From Escherichia phage 4MG: 64,000 bases of DNA. The notes beneath the pieces are model-generated. The model saw only the letters and a list, made by a program, of their open reading frames with translations, did no database searches and was not told where the DNA came from. A program made the position numbers and the translations under genes. The stretch lies in sequence record NC_022968.1, one strand, 5' to 3'. Every line of letters begins with the position of its first letter. Position 1 is the stretch's first letter. Positions 28,591 through 39,438 of this stretch are shown here, in pieces.

Positions 28591-30084
28591 TTAGATGATT
28601 TGCTGGAAGGTGATGTCGTCAGTATCCAGTGCGAACACTTCTGTCATTCCAGCAACAACATCGCTGTTGGTGTAGGAACTGTCAGGTTGACCAACGTTCT
28701 TCACATCGACGAACAATTGAGTGAATCGTCCAGGAGAAATTGAAGAACCAACAGCAGAAACCAACTGGATGTTGTACAGGGTGTCTGCAATATTGAGCGG
28801 ATCAACGACTGCCTTCAAAGCATCCTTAATAGTGTTCTGCTCTGTCACAGACAGAAGCTTACCCTTGTAACGAACTCGGATAGCAAGTTCACGGGCTTGT
28901 GCTTTGCTGTGGAAAATACGTTCTGTCTGGTCATCCTCGGTAGTGATGTCATAGAATACATTTCCGTAGGTTCCGTTTGACAGTGCGATTGTGTTGTAAA
29001 GTGCTTCACTGATGTCTTCCGTTGAACCACCATACACCACAGTTTCAAACTTGTAAGCTGGAACGCCATACTGGTCTGTTGACCCGGTGTTGTTTGAGAA
29101 CACACGTACTTTGCTCACACCCTCTACGTTGAGAACAGCAGAGATAACAGCAGGACGAGTTGCAGCAGCGCCAGCGGCGGTACTGTTAGCAGCACGGACT
29201 TTATAGTCAGTATCTGTTTCAACATCGGACCCATCGTTAAATGCGGTCATGTTGGTCATGCTGATAAAGCCACTTGGTGTTGGGCTAATATTGGTTACAG
29301 TGTTTGCTTCACGAGAGATCTCACCAGCTTCTGAGGCAATAACATCCATCGTGATTGTTCTCTGTCCGATCACCGGAGAGGAACGGAAGTCAACACGACT
29401 GTTAAGACCAATCATCTTTTTGTTGGCATCATAACCAATGTACAGAGCACCGTTCGCTGAGTCAATGAAGATTCTGTCTTCGTTCAACTGAGTGGTGTTC
29501 TGGATGATGAAGTCTTTGATGGAGGACATAAAGGCATTCATCTGAGCGCTGTTAGGCGTTTTATTACTCAGAGTCAGAGCCATTGTCTTTGTCGTACCAT
29601 CATTCTGGTTCATCATCTGGAAGGTGTAGTTACCGAGTACCCAGTCCGGGTTAAGGATCTGCTGTGCAAGAATGTTACCCGCCACAGGAGTATCCTGGTT
29701 AAGTACGAAGTTACCGCTGTCAATGCTGTATGTTCCAGCACTGTAAATCATGTTGTACGGAACGGTGTTGTTAATCACCATCTGTACTGTGCCGGAACCT
29801 CTTGTTTTCCCACGACGATAAATACCACGACGACCAAGCAGTTCATCCAGGTAAATACCTTCAGCACCTGCAAGTGTCTGTGCAGAATACACAGATGCAG
29901 CCAGAAGGATCAACTGGTACTCTCTTTCATTCAGAATTGTGGTAAGCTTATCAACGATAGTGTTTGACTGTGTGTTGAAGTTCTCACCGAAAGTTCGGAT
30001 TAGTGACTGCTTGGTATCTGCGATTAGATCATCAAGGGATGGGATCGCAAAGCCGTAGTCGTTTAATCCATATTGAGCAGCCAC
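28591..30084 (-). CDS. baseplate J-like protein
   Basis: 497 aa; GTG start; size and position consistent with baseplate wedge. Confidence 0.45.
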   Translation of the reverse strand: MAAQYGLNDYGFAIPSLDDLIADTKQSLIRTFGENFNTQSNTIVDKLTTILNEREYQLILLAASVYSAQTLAGAEGIYLDELLGRRGIYRRGKTRGSGTVQMVINNTVPYNMIYSAGTYSIDSGNFVLNQDTPVAGNILAQQILNPDWVLGNYTFQMMNQNDGTTKTMALTLSNKTPNSAQMNAFMSSIKDFIIQNTTQLNEDRIFIDSANGALYIGYDANKKMIGLNSRVDFRSSPVIGQRTITMDVIASEAGEISREANTVTNISPTPSGFISMTNMTAFNDGSDVETDTDYKVRAANSTAAGAAATRPAVISAVLNVEGVSKVRVFSNNTGSTDQYGVPAYKFETVVYGGSTEDISEALYNTIALSNGTYGNVFYDITTEDDQTERIFHSKAQARELAIRVRYKGKLLSVTEQNTIKDALKAVVDPLNIADTLYNIQLVSAVGSSISPGRFTQLFVDVKNVGQPDSSYTNSDVVAGMTEVFALDTDDITFQQII

Positions 30085-30163
30085 GAACGCCTCCTCTTGC
30101 TAGATTTTTGCTCTAAGATGTTGCTATTTTATCATATTGTGATTTAATTATAAAGGCTTATAA

Positions 30164-30185
30164 TGAGAAAAGGGGCCGAAGCCCC
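30164..30185 (-). terminator. rho-independent terminator after tailspike gene
   Basis: Minus-strand GGGGC-UUCG-GCCCC followed by UUUUCUC. Confidence 0.6.
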
Positions 30186-30192
30186 TTGTTAT

Positions 30193-32331
30193 TTAAGTCC
30201 TTTCGCTGTATACTACCGGGTTTGTGGAAACAAGCGCCGTGTTATCTGGTGTTGCTGTCTGGATAGGATCAGCAATATCGAGATAGAATGGTGTTGTCCA
30301 GGCACCGTTTTGGTACGGAGCGCGGATGACCGTTGTCTTCAGGTCAGCGCCTCCAGCACCTGCTCCTGGGATTGTCAGTTGGAGACCTGCGGATTTAAAC
30401 GCACGAGTCGCCCAAGGTTGACTTACTCCAGAATCGGCTGCACACTGAATCGTTTTTGAACCAACCGTGGTTGCACGGATAAAGTCATTAGGTTCAATGT
30501 AAGACCCACCAGTCTCGACCACAAATAGCCCACCAGTCTTTTTCAAGATGATGTCACCTTTAACAAACTCTTTACCTTGTGGGAAAAGATCGTTATCAGC
30601 GATGTAGATGTTCCCGGCGTTGAGAAGAGTTACACCACGGTTACCATTTGTCTTGGAGTGTTGAACCACATCAAAGTTACAACCGTAAGTCGTAACATGA
30701 TCAAACCCTACCTGTCCAAAACTACCGTTGGCAACACCGTTTGCATCGAGGCTGTTGATATTCAGAATCTCAGCAGAACACCAAGCCCAGCGTTTCATAG
30801 CCCCGCCTGCTTCACCCTGCCCCGCTTCGTAGTCACCGATACCGTCAAACTTGTTACAACGGATATCTGCAAGACGAAGACGGGAAACAAGGCCACGGTA
30901 TTTGAAGGTGTCGCATTCAACATCTTCAACCGTCACAGTGTTTGTCCAATCATCTCTGGCGCTTACAGGAATGTCCACCAGTCCAGTGTGAGTTCTGACG
31001 TTTCTCAACGTAAAGTCACGACATGGAGCAGCATATGCCCCTGCGTTCACACCCCAGCCGAAATAGATGAAACGAGTAGCCCCGTTGACCATTTCACCAC
31101 GAACACCATCAACGATATAGTCCTTACACCCGTAGCAAACAACACCACCAGATGCCAGAAGTGTGCCGTTAGAAACGGAAGCGTCAGGGTAGACCTCTAC
31201 GTTCTCTACCTTGAAATCTCGGCAAAGTTCGAAGTGGATACACTGACGTACACGTCGCGCCTTGACGTTACGAATGATGATCCCACTGACGTACTGGTCA
31301 TCGGAAGCGTTAGCACCGTATGGACCCTGACCCGCAACACCGATACCGATACCCCAGTTAGGAGAGTTGTCTGTGTTGTTGATGTTGTCAATGTTGATAT
31401 CTTCGATGGTCAAACCACCTGCTTTGTAGTGTCGGTTAACAACGTTACACTCAATCGCATCGCCTGTCAAATCATTGAAGTTCAGTCGAGCAAAACGAGC
31501 ACGGGTGATCAGAGCACCAGTACCTTGTTGCAGGATACCGTACTTACAACCACGGAAATCACTATCAAGGATGTCGATTGTACCATCAATAGGTAGAGCT
31601 TGGATCAGCATGGCTGCTGTATTGGTGTTATTTACCCACGCAGAATCAGTTATGATTAGCCGTCCACCGTAGTGTCGAGTACAAACCCCGGTAAAGGTAG
31701 TCCAACGGAATGTACTGTTTGACAGGTACATGTAGCGGTTGCCACCTGATTGGTTGAATGCACCACCATACCACTCTACGCCGTCGATGTAAACACTTGT
31801 TTCTAGAGTCAGTTCCCAGCCCCATGCCAGCACAGCTTTTTTATTCGCTTTTGCATAAGCCACCATCGCGGTCACTGCTTCGGTTGTTGTTGGGTATTTA
31901 CCAACAAACTGTGATGGTGTAATAAATCCATCGAGGGATTGTGCAACCGTCCCAGCAGGACCACCTACGTAAGTTGACCCATTAATCCCAGCAAGGTCTC
32001 CACGGAGAGAAGGGTCATTAACAGACCATCCCCCTGCACCAACACCCCCGGTGCTCTCCGGGGTTGAGTTGGCAGGAACCAGCTTAGGATAAGAACCCGT
32101 CCACTGGTACACCTTGTTAGTTGTGCGGTCAATTACCTGGTCCTTAGCGGAGGTCAGCGTACCACCATCCTGGAATGAGAACATACGCATGACACCGAAA
32201 CGAGAGAACAGGCTGGACCAAGTGGATTTGCGTGTAGCATCCGACTGGTCAACAACCAAGAAATCACCCTCGAAAGAATCCGTCGCGGTCGGAAGGTCCG
32301 AAATTTTGACGGTAGGTAATAGATCTGCCAT
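30193..32331 (-). CDS. tailspike protein (beta-helix type, putative depolymerase)
   Basis: 712 aa; N-terminus MADLLPTVKISDLPTA...DQSDATRK shared with gene 35130..35804; Gly/Asn/Val-rich repetitive body. Confidence 0.55.
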   Translation of the reverse strand: MADLLPTVKISDLPTATDSFEGDFLVVDQSDATRKSTWSSLFSRFGVMRMFSFQDGGTLTSAKDQVIDRTTNKVYQWTGSYPKLVPANSTPESTGGVGAGGWSVNDPSLRGDLAGINGSTYVGGPAGTVAQSLDGFITPSQFVGKYPTTTEAVTAMVAYAKANKKAVLAWGWELTLETSVYIDGVEWYGGAFNQSGGNRYMYLSNSTFRWTTFTGVCTRHYGGRLIITDSAWVNNTNTAAMLIQALPIDGTIDILDSDFRGCKYGILQQGTGALITRARFARLNFNDLTGDAIECNVVNRHYKAGGLTIEDINIDNINNTDNSPNWGIGIGVAGQGPYGANASDDQYVSGIIIRNVKARRVRQCIHFELCRDFKVENVEVYPDASVSNGTLLASGGVVCYGCKDYIVDGVRGEMVNGATRFIYFGWGVNAGAYAAPCRDFTLRNVRTHTGLVDIPVSARDDWTNTVTVEDVECDTFKYRGLVSRLRLADIRCNKFDGIGDYEAGQGEAGGAMKRWAWCSAEILNINSLDANGVANGSFGQVGFDHVTTYGCNFDVVQHSKTNGNRGVTLLNAGNIYIADNDLFPQGKEFVKGDIILKKTGGLFVVETGGSYIEPNDFIRATTVGSKTIQCAADSGVSQPWATRAFKSAGLQLTIPGAGAGGADLKTTVIRAPYQNGAWTTPFYLDIADPIQTATPDNTALVSTNPVVYSERT

Positions 32332-32340
32332 TAATTCCTC

Positions 32341-35130
32341 TTATCTTGTAAGGTTTCTGTACATAGCATACAGCCCAAATCCTCGTAACAGTTCTCCGGC
32401 GTGGAAGCCAAAGAACATCCCGTTATCAGTATCTGCACGAGGAGCAACAGACCAGCTACCGTTCATCGGATGATTGGCAGTCAGAATGATGTAGTTCTCC
32501 TGGATCAGACTGAAACAACGCTCTGCCACAATGTCGATGTTAGGAATACGAGTACGCATCCCAGCCATACCAAGGATGGAACAACCACCCATGAACAGCG
32601 CCGACATATGGCTTGTAAAGTCATCCTCTGGTGCCAGAACAGTACCATCCGGGTTAAAGATGGTTGGTGTACGGCCCTCGTTGTTATCCTGGAACCATTT
32701 CAGATAGTCAACCCAGTTCTTAGCCACTGTAAACAGCTTGCTAGGAATGGCTTCTCCACGTTGAGAGAGTTCATAGATACAACGACAAACACAGAAGAAC
32801 GCACGAGCCTCATATCCGTCCCAAGCCTTCTCGTTCCAGTGTTTCATGGTGAAGGTATTTGGTTCCCCGTACTTACGGGCATCCCAGCGATCCCAGACAA
32901 AGGCCTGAGCCATTGGTCCTGGCATAATAGGATGGAATGTGTTATAGAACCACATCTGGGAGTCATACAGGAAATCAATAGTGCTGTTCAATCTTGTCCA
33001 GTCAATGTTTTGACCTTTGAAGCAATACAGCGTAGGATATTGATACCCTGGGTATGGAAGACCACGCCAACCATCATAGAGCGCCGTGTTAGGGTCACTG
33101 ATGTTGGAGAACGGGATCAGTCCCGGAGTGTAGTACAGGCTGTTAAGTTTGTAGTCGATAATTGTACAATCACCAAGCTTCGCATTGTATGCATTATCAC
33201 CAGAAACCGTGATACGGAAGTACATGGTATAGTCGTCACCACCAGTGGAGGTGTACAACTCTGGGACAGCATTGATACAATACCAGTCGATCTTCGCACT
33301 AACACCGTCAACAGGGTCTGTGTCTGGTGCCAAGTTAATCTGTTTAAGATTATGGAGACTGATTTGGTTAGGCTTAGGATCTGTTTCTGGATGGTCTGGT
33401 TGGTAGCTGCTCAGAACGAAGTTGGAAGGACTCAACTGAAGTGTTGTCCATTCTCCGTTGGTTGCAGGAACCATAGCCCACCATCTCCACAGATTGTCAT
33501 CGGTGATTGTGATGTTAAAATTGTCAGCATAGGAACGGTATGTGAATGCTGAAAGGTCAGCAGTTTCAGTATCTGTCAGCCAGAAACCGATTGTGCAACC
33601 ACCATCCGCATCGGTCACAAGCGTACATGCTTGGTCATTGATTCGCCCAAGAATACCAGTCTGGTACTGGAAGTCAATAACTGTGTTTGATCCCCAATCT
33701 ACAACGATACGTGGATCAGCTACAATGTAGCTACCACCACCGGGAGGTGTTAATCTCACAAAGTTGGACAGAGGGATATCCATAGAAACGATGGAGTCTG
33801 TACCGCGTGGAAGGCCACAACGATAGGTCACCCTACCAGTTTCTGATTTGGTCTTGTTAAGGTCTAGTTCTGGTCTGAACAACAACCCATTCCCTGCTTC
33901 ATCCTTTCCTGAGAACTGGACACGCAGTTTTGAAGTGCCGTCAACACGGAACCAAATAGCCTGCTGTTCAAGAGTTGTCTGTGCTGCCACGTTCTGACGA
34001 ATACCAATATATCCTTCTGCGTCACGAGAATACTGTGGAACGGCTGTTGAAGGATAGGAGTAGTCATAGCTGATCCCATCAGTGAACGGGATTGTAGCGA
34101 ACGTAGATTTACGGAAGAACTTATCGAAACGGTCAATGTCTGAATAGTTATCACAAACAATTAATGAAGACTGCCAGCAAAGCCAGTATTTTCTTTCCCC
34201 GGTGATCTGATACATAACATAGTTCGCATCACACCACCATGTTTCTGCGTCAGAAGCATTGTCCTGGAAACCCATTTCAATCGGTACGTTAACAGGTCGG
34301 TTGTGCCACATGGTGTTTCTACCCATCAGGTATCCACCGTGTTCAACAGGATTACAGGTCGCATAGTTGAACTTGTAATTTCCTGTGATTGTGGTATTCT
34401 TTAACTGAACTGTACCCCATTCAGCCTCAGGGAACCCTTCAGCGAGGATATTACCATCCCAGTCAACCTTACGACCAAGACGATCAATGATCCAGTCAAC
34501 ATCCCACTGAGAGCCATACTCATCCCAGTTGGTGCTTCCGTCAGGGTTCTCTTTGTAGACTGTTGCGTTAACAGAGTTCCAACCAAGGTTTCCGTCGAAG
34601 GCAAACCAAGCCTTGTCCAGATATTCCCCCCAGTGAGGCGCTCCGTGCGGGATCAACGTTTTACCATTTGTCCACGTCATAACGCTACCCTTGAAACCAC
34701 CGTGGGTTGGGTATCCATCATCTGTCAATGGGTAGTGGGCGAGGCGTGGCTCTTTTCCGTTAATGATCCAGTTAGGACGATAAACAGCAGGAGGATCTGG
34801 GATTGGCTGACCAGCAAAGAACCAGTCAATATATGCCTGCCAGTATGCCTCTGCAAGTTCCAAGTATTTTGGATCGTTGGATGCCAGGTAAGCATAAGCG
34901 CACCCAAGGATCAGCACTGACTGACCCTCGGTAGTTGCGTCACCATTCGGTTGAGCTTCCTGTGCTGTCCAGTTGATGAAGTGGCGGTTGTTAGCCAAAA
35001 CATTTTGCAAGTTCAGAATGTAGTGCTGAACCGTAGGATCGATTGTCTCTCCGGTGTTTCTCTGAAGAAACTGAATGTGTCCGTCGATCAACTGAAACAC
35101 ATTATCAATGTTGTGGCTTAACTTTGCCAT
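32341..35130 (-). CDS. large tail-associated protein, possible glycoside hydrolase/lyase-like enzyme
   Basis: 929 aa; Trp/Tyr/Asp-rich, alpha-helical-looking N- and C-terminal regions; located between two receptor-binding protein genes. Confidence 0.45.
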   Translation of the reverse strand: MAKLSHNIDNVFQLIDGHIQFLQRNTGETIDPTVQHYILNLQNVLANNRHFINWTAQEAQPNGDATTEGQSVLILGCAYAYLASNDPKYLELAEAYWQAYIDWFFAGQPIPDPPAVYRPNWIINGKEPRLAHYPLTDDGYPTHGGFKGSVMTWTNGKTLIPHGAPHWGEYLDKAWFAFDGNLGWNSVNATVYKENPDGSTNWDEYGSQWDVDWIIDRLGRKVDWDGNILAEGFPEAEWGTVQLKNTTITGNYKFNYATCNPVEHGGYLMGRNTMWHNRPVNVPIEMGFQDNASDAETWWCDANYVMYQITGERKYWLCWQSSLIVCDNYSDIDRFDKFFRKSTFATIPFTDGISYDYSYPSTAVPQYSRDAEGYIGIRQNVAAQTTLEQQAIWFRVDGTSKLRVQFSGKDEAGNGLLFRPELDLNKTKSETGRVTYRCGLPRGTDSIVSMDIPLSNFVRLTPPGGGSYIVADPRIVVDWGSNTVIDFQYQTGILGRINDQACTLVTDADGGCTIGFWLTDTETADLSAFTYRSYADNFNITITDDNLWRWWAMVPATNGEWTTLQLSPSNFVLSSYQPDHPETDPKPNQISLHNLKQINLAPDTDPVDGVSAKIDWYCINAVPELYTSTGGDDYTMYFRITVSGDNAYNAKLGDCTIIDYKLNSLYYTPGLIPFSNISDPNTALYDGWRGLPYPGYQYPTLYCFKGQNIDWTRLNSTIDFLYDSQMWFYNTFHPIMPGPMAQAFVWDRWDARKYGEPNTFTMKHWNEKAWDGYEARAFFCVCRCIYELSQRGEAIPSKLFTVAKNWVDYLKWFQDNNEGRTPTIFNPDGTVLAPEDDFTSHMSALFMGGCSILGMAGMRTRIPNIDIVAERCFSLIQENYIILTANHPMNGSWSVAPRADTDNGMFFGFHAGELLRGFGLYAMYRNLTR

Positions 35131-35804
35131 TACTCAACTCCTGCCATAATGAGGGAGCCGAACCATGTGTTCCCTCCGTCATAAGTGACGAACTGGAAGA
35201 TGTCTCGTACCCCGGTTTTATATGAAAGAACTGGTTCTCGTCCATAGTTCCACTTGATGTTGCTAGGCCATGAAACAAGGTTGGCCCCTGTCCCCTGAGT
35301 TAAAGATAACTGGAAGGTTTGGGAAATTCCCTGAGCGGTAGATGGGTTGGTGATACCGACCACACACTGCCCTGATGTCAGGTTAGCAAGGAAGGTATCT
35401 CCAAGTGTCAGGTTGCAGGTTGCAGTCCCCTGGACGTTACCCAGATTAACAACCTTACCTGTAGAACTTCCACCACCGCTTGCACCAAACTCCTGCCAAG
35501 CGTTAGAACTGATACCCCCGGTTGTCGCCGGGGATGAAGACATTGGAATTGTCTTTGGATAAGTACCGTTCCATGTGTAATATTTACCATCAGTTGCGAA
35601 GAAGGCGAGATCCTTTTTGGATTCAAGATATCCTCCCTCAGCAAAGAAAACCACTCTTGTCAAGCTCATCTTGGAAACGATTGTGTCCAAAGAGGCCTTT
35701 CTGGTAGTATCTGACTGATCAGTAACAACAAAATCGCCACCTGCAACGGTGACGGCAGTTGGAAGGTCAGAGACCTTCACTGTTGGAAATGCAACATCTG
35801 CCAT
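35130..35804 (-). CDS. tail fiber/tailspike protein with shared N-terminal anchor domain
   Basis: 224 aa; N-terminus MADVAFPTVKVSDLPTA...DQSDTTRK paralogous to gene 30193..32331. Confidence 0.5.
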   Translation of the reverse strand: MADVAFPTVKVSDLPTAVTVAGGDFVVTDQSDTTRKASLDTIVSKMSLTRVVFFAEGGYLESKKDLAFFATDGKYYTWNGTYPKTIPMSSSPATTGGISSNAWQEFGASGGGSSTGKVVNLGNVQGTATCNLTLGDTFLANLTSGQCVVGITNPSTAQGISQTFQLSLTQGTGANLVSWPSNIKWNYGREPVLSYKTGVRDIFQFVTYDGGNTWFGSLIMAGVE

Positions 35805-35814
35805 TATTTACCCC

Positions 35815-36432
35815 TTAGTGGTTACGGTTGATGGACTTACCATCTTCGGTGGTGATGACATTACTCTTGTCATCCATCAGGCTACCGACAGGAATTGGGT
35901 TATCAATATCTGTACCAGCCCAGGTGTTCCACCATGTAGCATCGCCAGTGCGAGGCAGACGGAAGTTGATCAGATAGTAGAGCTTGTTAGCCCACGTAAT
36001 CCAACCATCATCGTCACAAAGAACCGTTGCACCTTCATCAGGGATTGGGTAATAATACTCATCCTGACCAACGAAAGCAAGTCGTACAACCTCTTGTTCT
36101 TTGGTGGTCACTTCGAAGAAGGCCTGATAACTACGTGTGGTCCGATCCATTGAAGAGTGGAACGAAGTGATCTCAAGCACATCAGGCTCAAGTCGGGTAA
36201 CTTCCTTGATCTTATTGTCAAGGACTGTTTTCATTACCTTCTTGCTCAGATATGTTCGGTATGGGAAACCAAAGGTTTCATCAAAATACCAGTTGCCAGC
36301 CCAGATATTAAAACGTAGCCACAATCTCTGACGGAGGCTTGTCTGGTTTGACTCAATGATCTGGAGACCCGTGGAGACATCAAGGTCTCCAGTAACAGGG
36401 TCCATAAGAAGGTCAGAATAAAGAGTAGCCAT
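35815..36432 (-). CDS. baseplate protein
   Basis: 205 aa, position-based. Confidence 0.4.
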   Translation of the reverse strand: MATLYSDLLMDPVTGDLDVSTGLQIIESNQTSLRQRLWLRFNIWAGNWYFDETFGFPYRTYLSKKVMKTVLDNKIKEVTRLEPDVLEITSFHSSMDRTTRSYQAFFEVTTKEQEVVRLAFVGQDEYYYPIPDEGATVLCDDDGWITWANKLYYLINFRLPRTGDATWWNTWAGTDIDNPIPVGSLMDDKSNVITTEDGKSINRNH

Positions 36433-36441
36433 TTATTCCCC

Positions 36442-37143
36442 TTATGCGTTTGGTGCGGCGGTGTTGCTCTGACCTGAGCCGTCCGTCCAAGTGTAGTGGT
36501 GGGTGTGGCGCATGAAGTAATCATAAAAGTCATTCATGTTGACACCACGGGCGGTGATCAGGTTTCCATCAGGTGTGATCTTTGCCCCGTTCATTTCAAT
36601 ATTCCCGTCAGTTTTCGCTGTCAAGGTTGCTGCTCCGTTAGTGAACTGCATCTGACCAGACTTATCCACCTTGAAAGTACCAACAGGCCCTGTTAAAGTA
36701 AAAGTCCCATCCGGGGTCATCGAGAAGTGAACCGTGTCATTCCACAACTCGACGTTATCAGGGTCGATTGTCATGGCGTTCCCATCACTATGCACACCAA
36801 TGATTGACCAACCAGGAAATAGTCCATGAGTTGTCGTATCGTTAGCATCACCCTCATTACGTTCGGAGAATGAAAGTCCAACCACGTCACCAGGCTTCAC
36901 AGGAAGCGTCAGGCGAGCTTTTCCACCGTTAGCTGAAGGCATGGAAAGGGGGACATCAAAAACCGCAGGATAAGCGTCTACGGTGCCATCATCGAAGTTT
37001 GTAGATGCAAGGGGTTGTACGGTTGCAGAAGGGATGCTGTAATCAACATCAACAACCCTTGCTCTTAGCCCGGTGTGGATATCACGAGCTTGACGGGCGA
37101 ACCACTGGTTCAAGGCAGCATCCATACGTTGAATTGATGCCAT
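36442..37143 (-). CDS. baseplate central spike-like protein
   Basis: 233 aa; C-terminal His cluster RHTHHY; position after hub-like gene. Confidence 0.4.
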   Translation of the reverse strand: MASIQRMDAALNQWFARQARDIHTGLRARVVDVDYSIPSATVQPLASTNFDDGTVDAYPAVFDVPLSMPSANGGKARLTLPVKPGDVVGLSFSERNEGDANDTTTHGLFPGWSIIGVHSDGNAMTIDPDNVELWNDTVHFSMTPDGTFTLTGPVGTFKVDKSGQMQFTNGAATLTAKTDGNIEMNGAKITPDGNLITARGVNMNDFYDYFMRHTHHYTWTDGSGQSNTAAPNA

Positions 37144-38132
37144 TATTCCTCCACAATGCCACCACGGGTTTCTGCAAGTCCGATCTCAGACACCCAATCG
37201 CCACCTTCAAGTTGGCCTTTGTGAGTAAGATAAACTACCTTGTAGAAGCCTGTGTATTTCTGGCTTTTTAGATAAATTGTGCTTTCTGGGATGATCGCAC
37301 CGTTAAGTTCTGTAACAACAACAAGACCTGCGTCCTCTTTGATTTCAGCACGACTTGGACCTTTATTGGTCTTCGGCTTACTTTTAGACTTCTTCTTTTT
37401 CTCAAGGCGGCGTTTTGCAGGCTCTGGGTTTTGCGGGGTTGGTGAATCATGCATCCCAGATTCAGCACTGATCTCAAACACCGCATTGCGGAATCTCTTG
37501 CCCTGTGTAGTCCAGTACACAGCACCGTCCTGAACACTAAAGGTTGATCCGGTGTTTTTGGCAAGGCGTTCGAGATTGTTTGCAGCGTTACCAGTAAATG
37601 CCATAGACTGCTGAAGGGTCTGGTTACCGAACTTAACCACCTTACCAATAGGTAGTTTAAGGTCTGAAACAAGGTCATTAAGAACCGTATCCAGCGGTGT
37701 CCCCTTCTTGTAAGAACGGGCAGTCTTTGCTGTCATGATGTTGGTTGTTGCATCACCCAAGATCATTTTTGTTTGACGAGTATGACCATCCCACTTATCC
37801 TGAACAAACTCTACAGTCCCGGAGAAGATTGTCTGGTTTTCACCATCGAACCCTGCCTCCAGAACAATAGCAATCGACTCACGCTGGTTAGCATCAAGAT
37901 AGCTTACCGTTTCATCAGACAGGTTGTAAAGGGTGACATACCCTTTGTTAGGGTCTTTTGAGTTATCTTTCTTCACCTCGAACTCGATATTTGCTGCCCC
38001 TGTTTCGTTACTGACAACATAGGCATCCTTCGTGTTCTGGTTGGTGTAGTCAGAAATGTTGGTTGGCTTTTGCCCGATGTATACGGGCTTGCCAATAGTA
38101 AGTCTGAATGTTCGTGTTCTGTAAGAAGGCAT
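37143..38132 (-). CDS. baseplate hub-like protein
   Basis: 329 aa; Lys-rich linker KRRLEKKKKSKSKPK; position-based. Confidence 0.4.
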   Translation of the reverse strand: MPSYRTRTFRLTIGKPVYIGQKPTNISDYTNQNTKDAYVVSNETGAANIEFEVKKDNSKDPNKGYVTLYNLSDETVSYLDANQRESIAIVLEAGFDGENQTIFSGTVEFVQDKWDGHTRQTKMILGDATTNIMTAKTARSYKKGTPLDTVLNDLVSDLKLPIGKVVKFGNQTLQQSMAFTGNAANNLERLAKNTGSTFSVQDGAVYWTTQGKRFRNAVFEISAESGMHDSPTPQNPEPAKRRLEKKKKSKSKPKTNKGPSRAEIKEDAGLVVVTELNGAIIPESTIYLKSQKYTGFYKVVYLTHKGQLEGGDWVSEIGLAETRGGIVEE

Positions 38133-38134
38133 GA

Positions 38135-38485
38135 TTACTCCTCGTCAGTTAACTCTTCGTCAGGAGATGAATAAAGGAGTTGCAAGTCAGACAAGAATCC
38201 GATATTGTATCTACCAACACGTTTGGTTGACTGTGTAAAAGAAAAGACACGCAGTTGTCCGGATGGGATGTTTTCCAAGTATTTAAACGGAGCAAAGATG
38301 TCAAAAATGGTTGTAAGTTTAAAAGAGATTGTTGGTGTTTGACCAACATCACCAAAGGAAACGAGCCAAGACTCATCTCGCTCGTTCCATTGGAAACGCA
38401 TTTCATAGGTTTGACTGTCCAGAACCACACGCATGGTCTGGTCAGCGAAGCCGTCAATGTCCCATGAGAAAGTAATAGCTGACAT
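38135..38485 (-). CDS. tail protein
   Basis: 116 aa ORF. Confidence 0.4.
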   Translation of the reverse strand: MSAITFSWDIDGFADQTMRVVLDSQTYEMRFQWNERDESWLVSFGDVGQTPTISFKLTTIFDIFAPFKYLENIPSGQLRVFSFTQSTKRVGRYNIGFLSDLQLLYSSPDEELTDEE

Positions 38486-39367
38486 TAGTTCCCCACTGCT
38501 TTTTTATAGTCCATGATTGAGCCGTCAGTACCACGAATTTTACCATCTGGGGTAATAGTACCAATGACCTGATCTTGTTTTGTGAAGTTACCTGAATCCA
38601 TAGCCTCAGCAATTTTTTGCCACCCATCTTTATTTGGGCCAGCAAACTTGGTGCGTCGGGCAGTTACTTCAACTTCATTATCTGTTGCGGAAGATTGTTG
38701 AGAACCTTTCTGCTTGGTCTTCCCACCAGACTTTTTAGGATCTGAGTAGACTGTCGCGAGGGCTGTTTTACCAAGGGTGAATGTACGGAATTCCGTAAAC
38801 TCAAGCTGGAATACCAGCGCCGCACCGTCAGAGTTGCTACGTGCAGCCTCCATTGAGGTGAGGATATAGTTCTCAATAATTTTGTCTTCGGTAACCAAAG
38901 TCACAATTTGACGATCAGTAATCAGACGTTCCAAGATCTCCAGAGCTTTTTCTGGACGACGAGAAGCAACCGGGTTCTGGTCATCAGTATCTTTGTCAAG
39001 GTAGTTGTTTTCGATAAGGTAAACAGGAGATGAGTTCACTCTGGCACTGAAGGAGAATTTACCATCTTCAATAACACCGTGGTCACTAAATTTTACCTTT
39101 TCTTCAACAGCATATGATGTCTTGTCAACTGTGCGTGTGTAAGAATGTTGTTCAACAACGTCGAAAATGATCGCGAGGTCGTTGGTGTAGTTTTTGTCCT
39201 TGAGTTCTACGTTTCTACCGCCGTAGTTAAGACCGCTGGCGAAGAGCGTATATTGCACCTCACCGCTGGCTTCCTGGGCTGTGTTGACCTTTTTCTCGAC
39301 GTTAGCCGTGGCCTTGCCCTGTTGCGGTTTGGACTGGTTGTTGGATACAAATGCCATGAGTCCTCCC
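38485..39367 (-). CDS. tail protein downstream of tape measure
   Basis: ATG 39367 after GGGAGG; track ORF extends to 39411. Confidence 0.4.
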
Positions 39368-39410
39368 ATTATACATGTTACGATTTTATCATAAATCTTG
39401 AGATAAAACA

Positions 39411-39432
39411 ATAAAAAAGGGGCCGAAGCCCC
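39411..39432 (-). terminator. UUCG hairpin + U-tract after tape measure gene
   Basis: Minus-strand GGGGC-UUCG-GCCCC followed by UUUUUUAUUGUUUU. Confidence 0.5.
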
Positions 39433-39438
39433 TTTAAA

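Noticed and set aside
39368-39385. Perfect TATAAT on the minus strand upstream of gene 38485..39367
   Set aside because: It lies only about 1 nt from the GGGAGG SD, so a transcript starting there would lack the ribosome-binding site.
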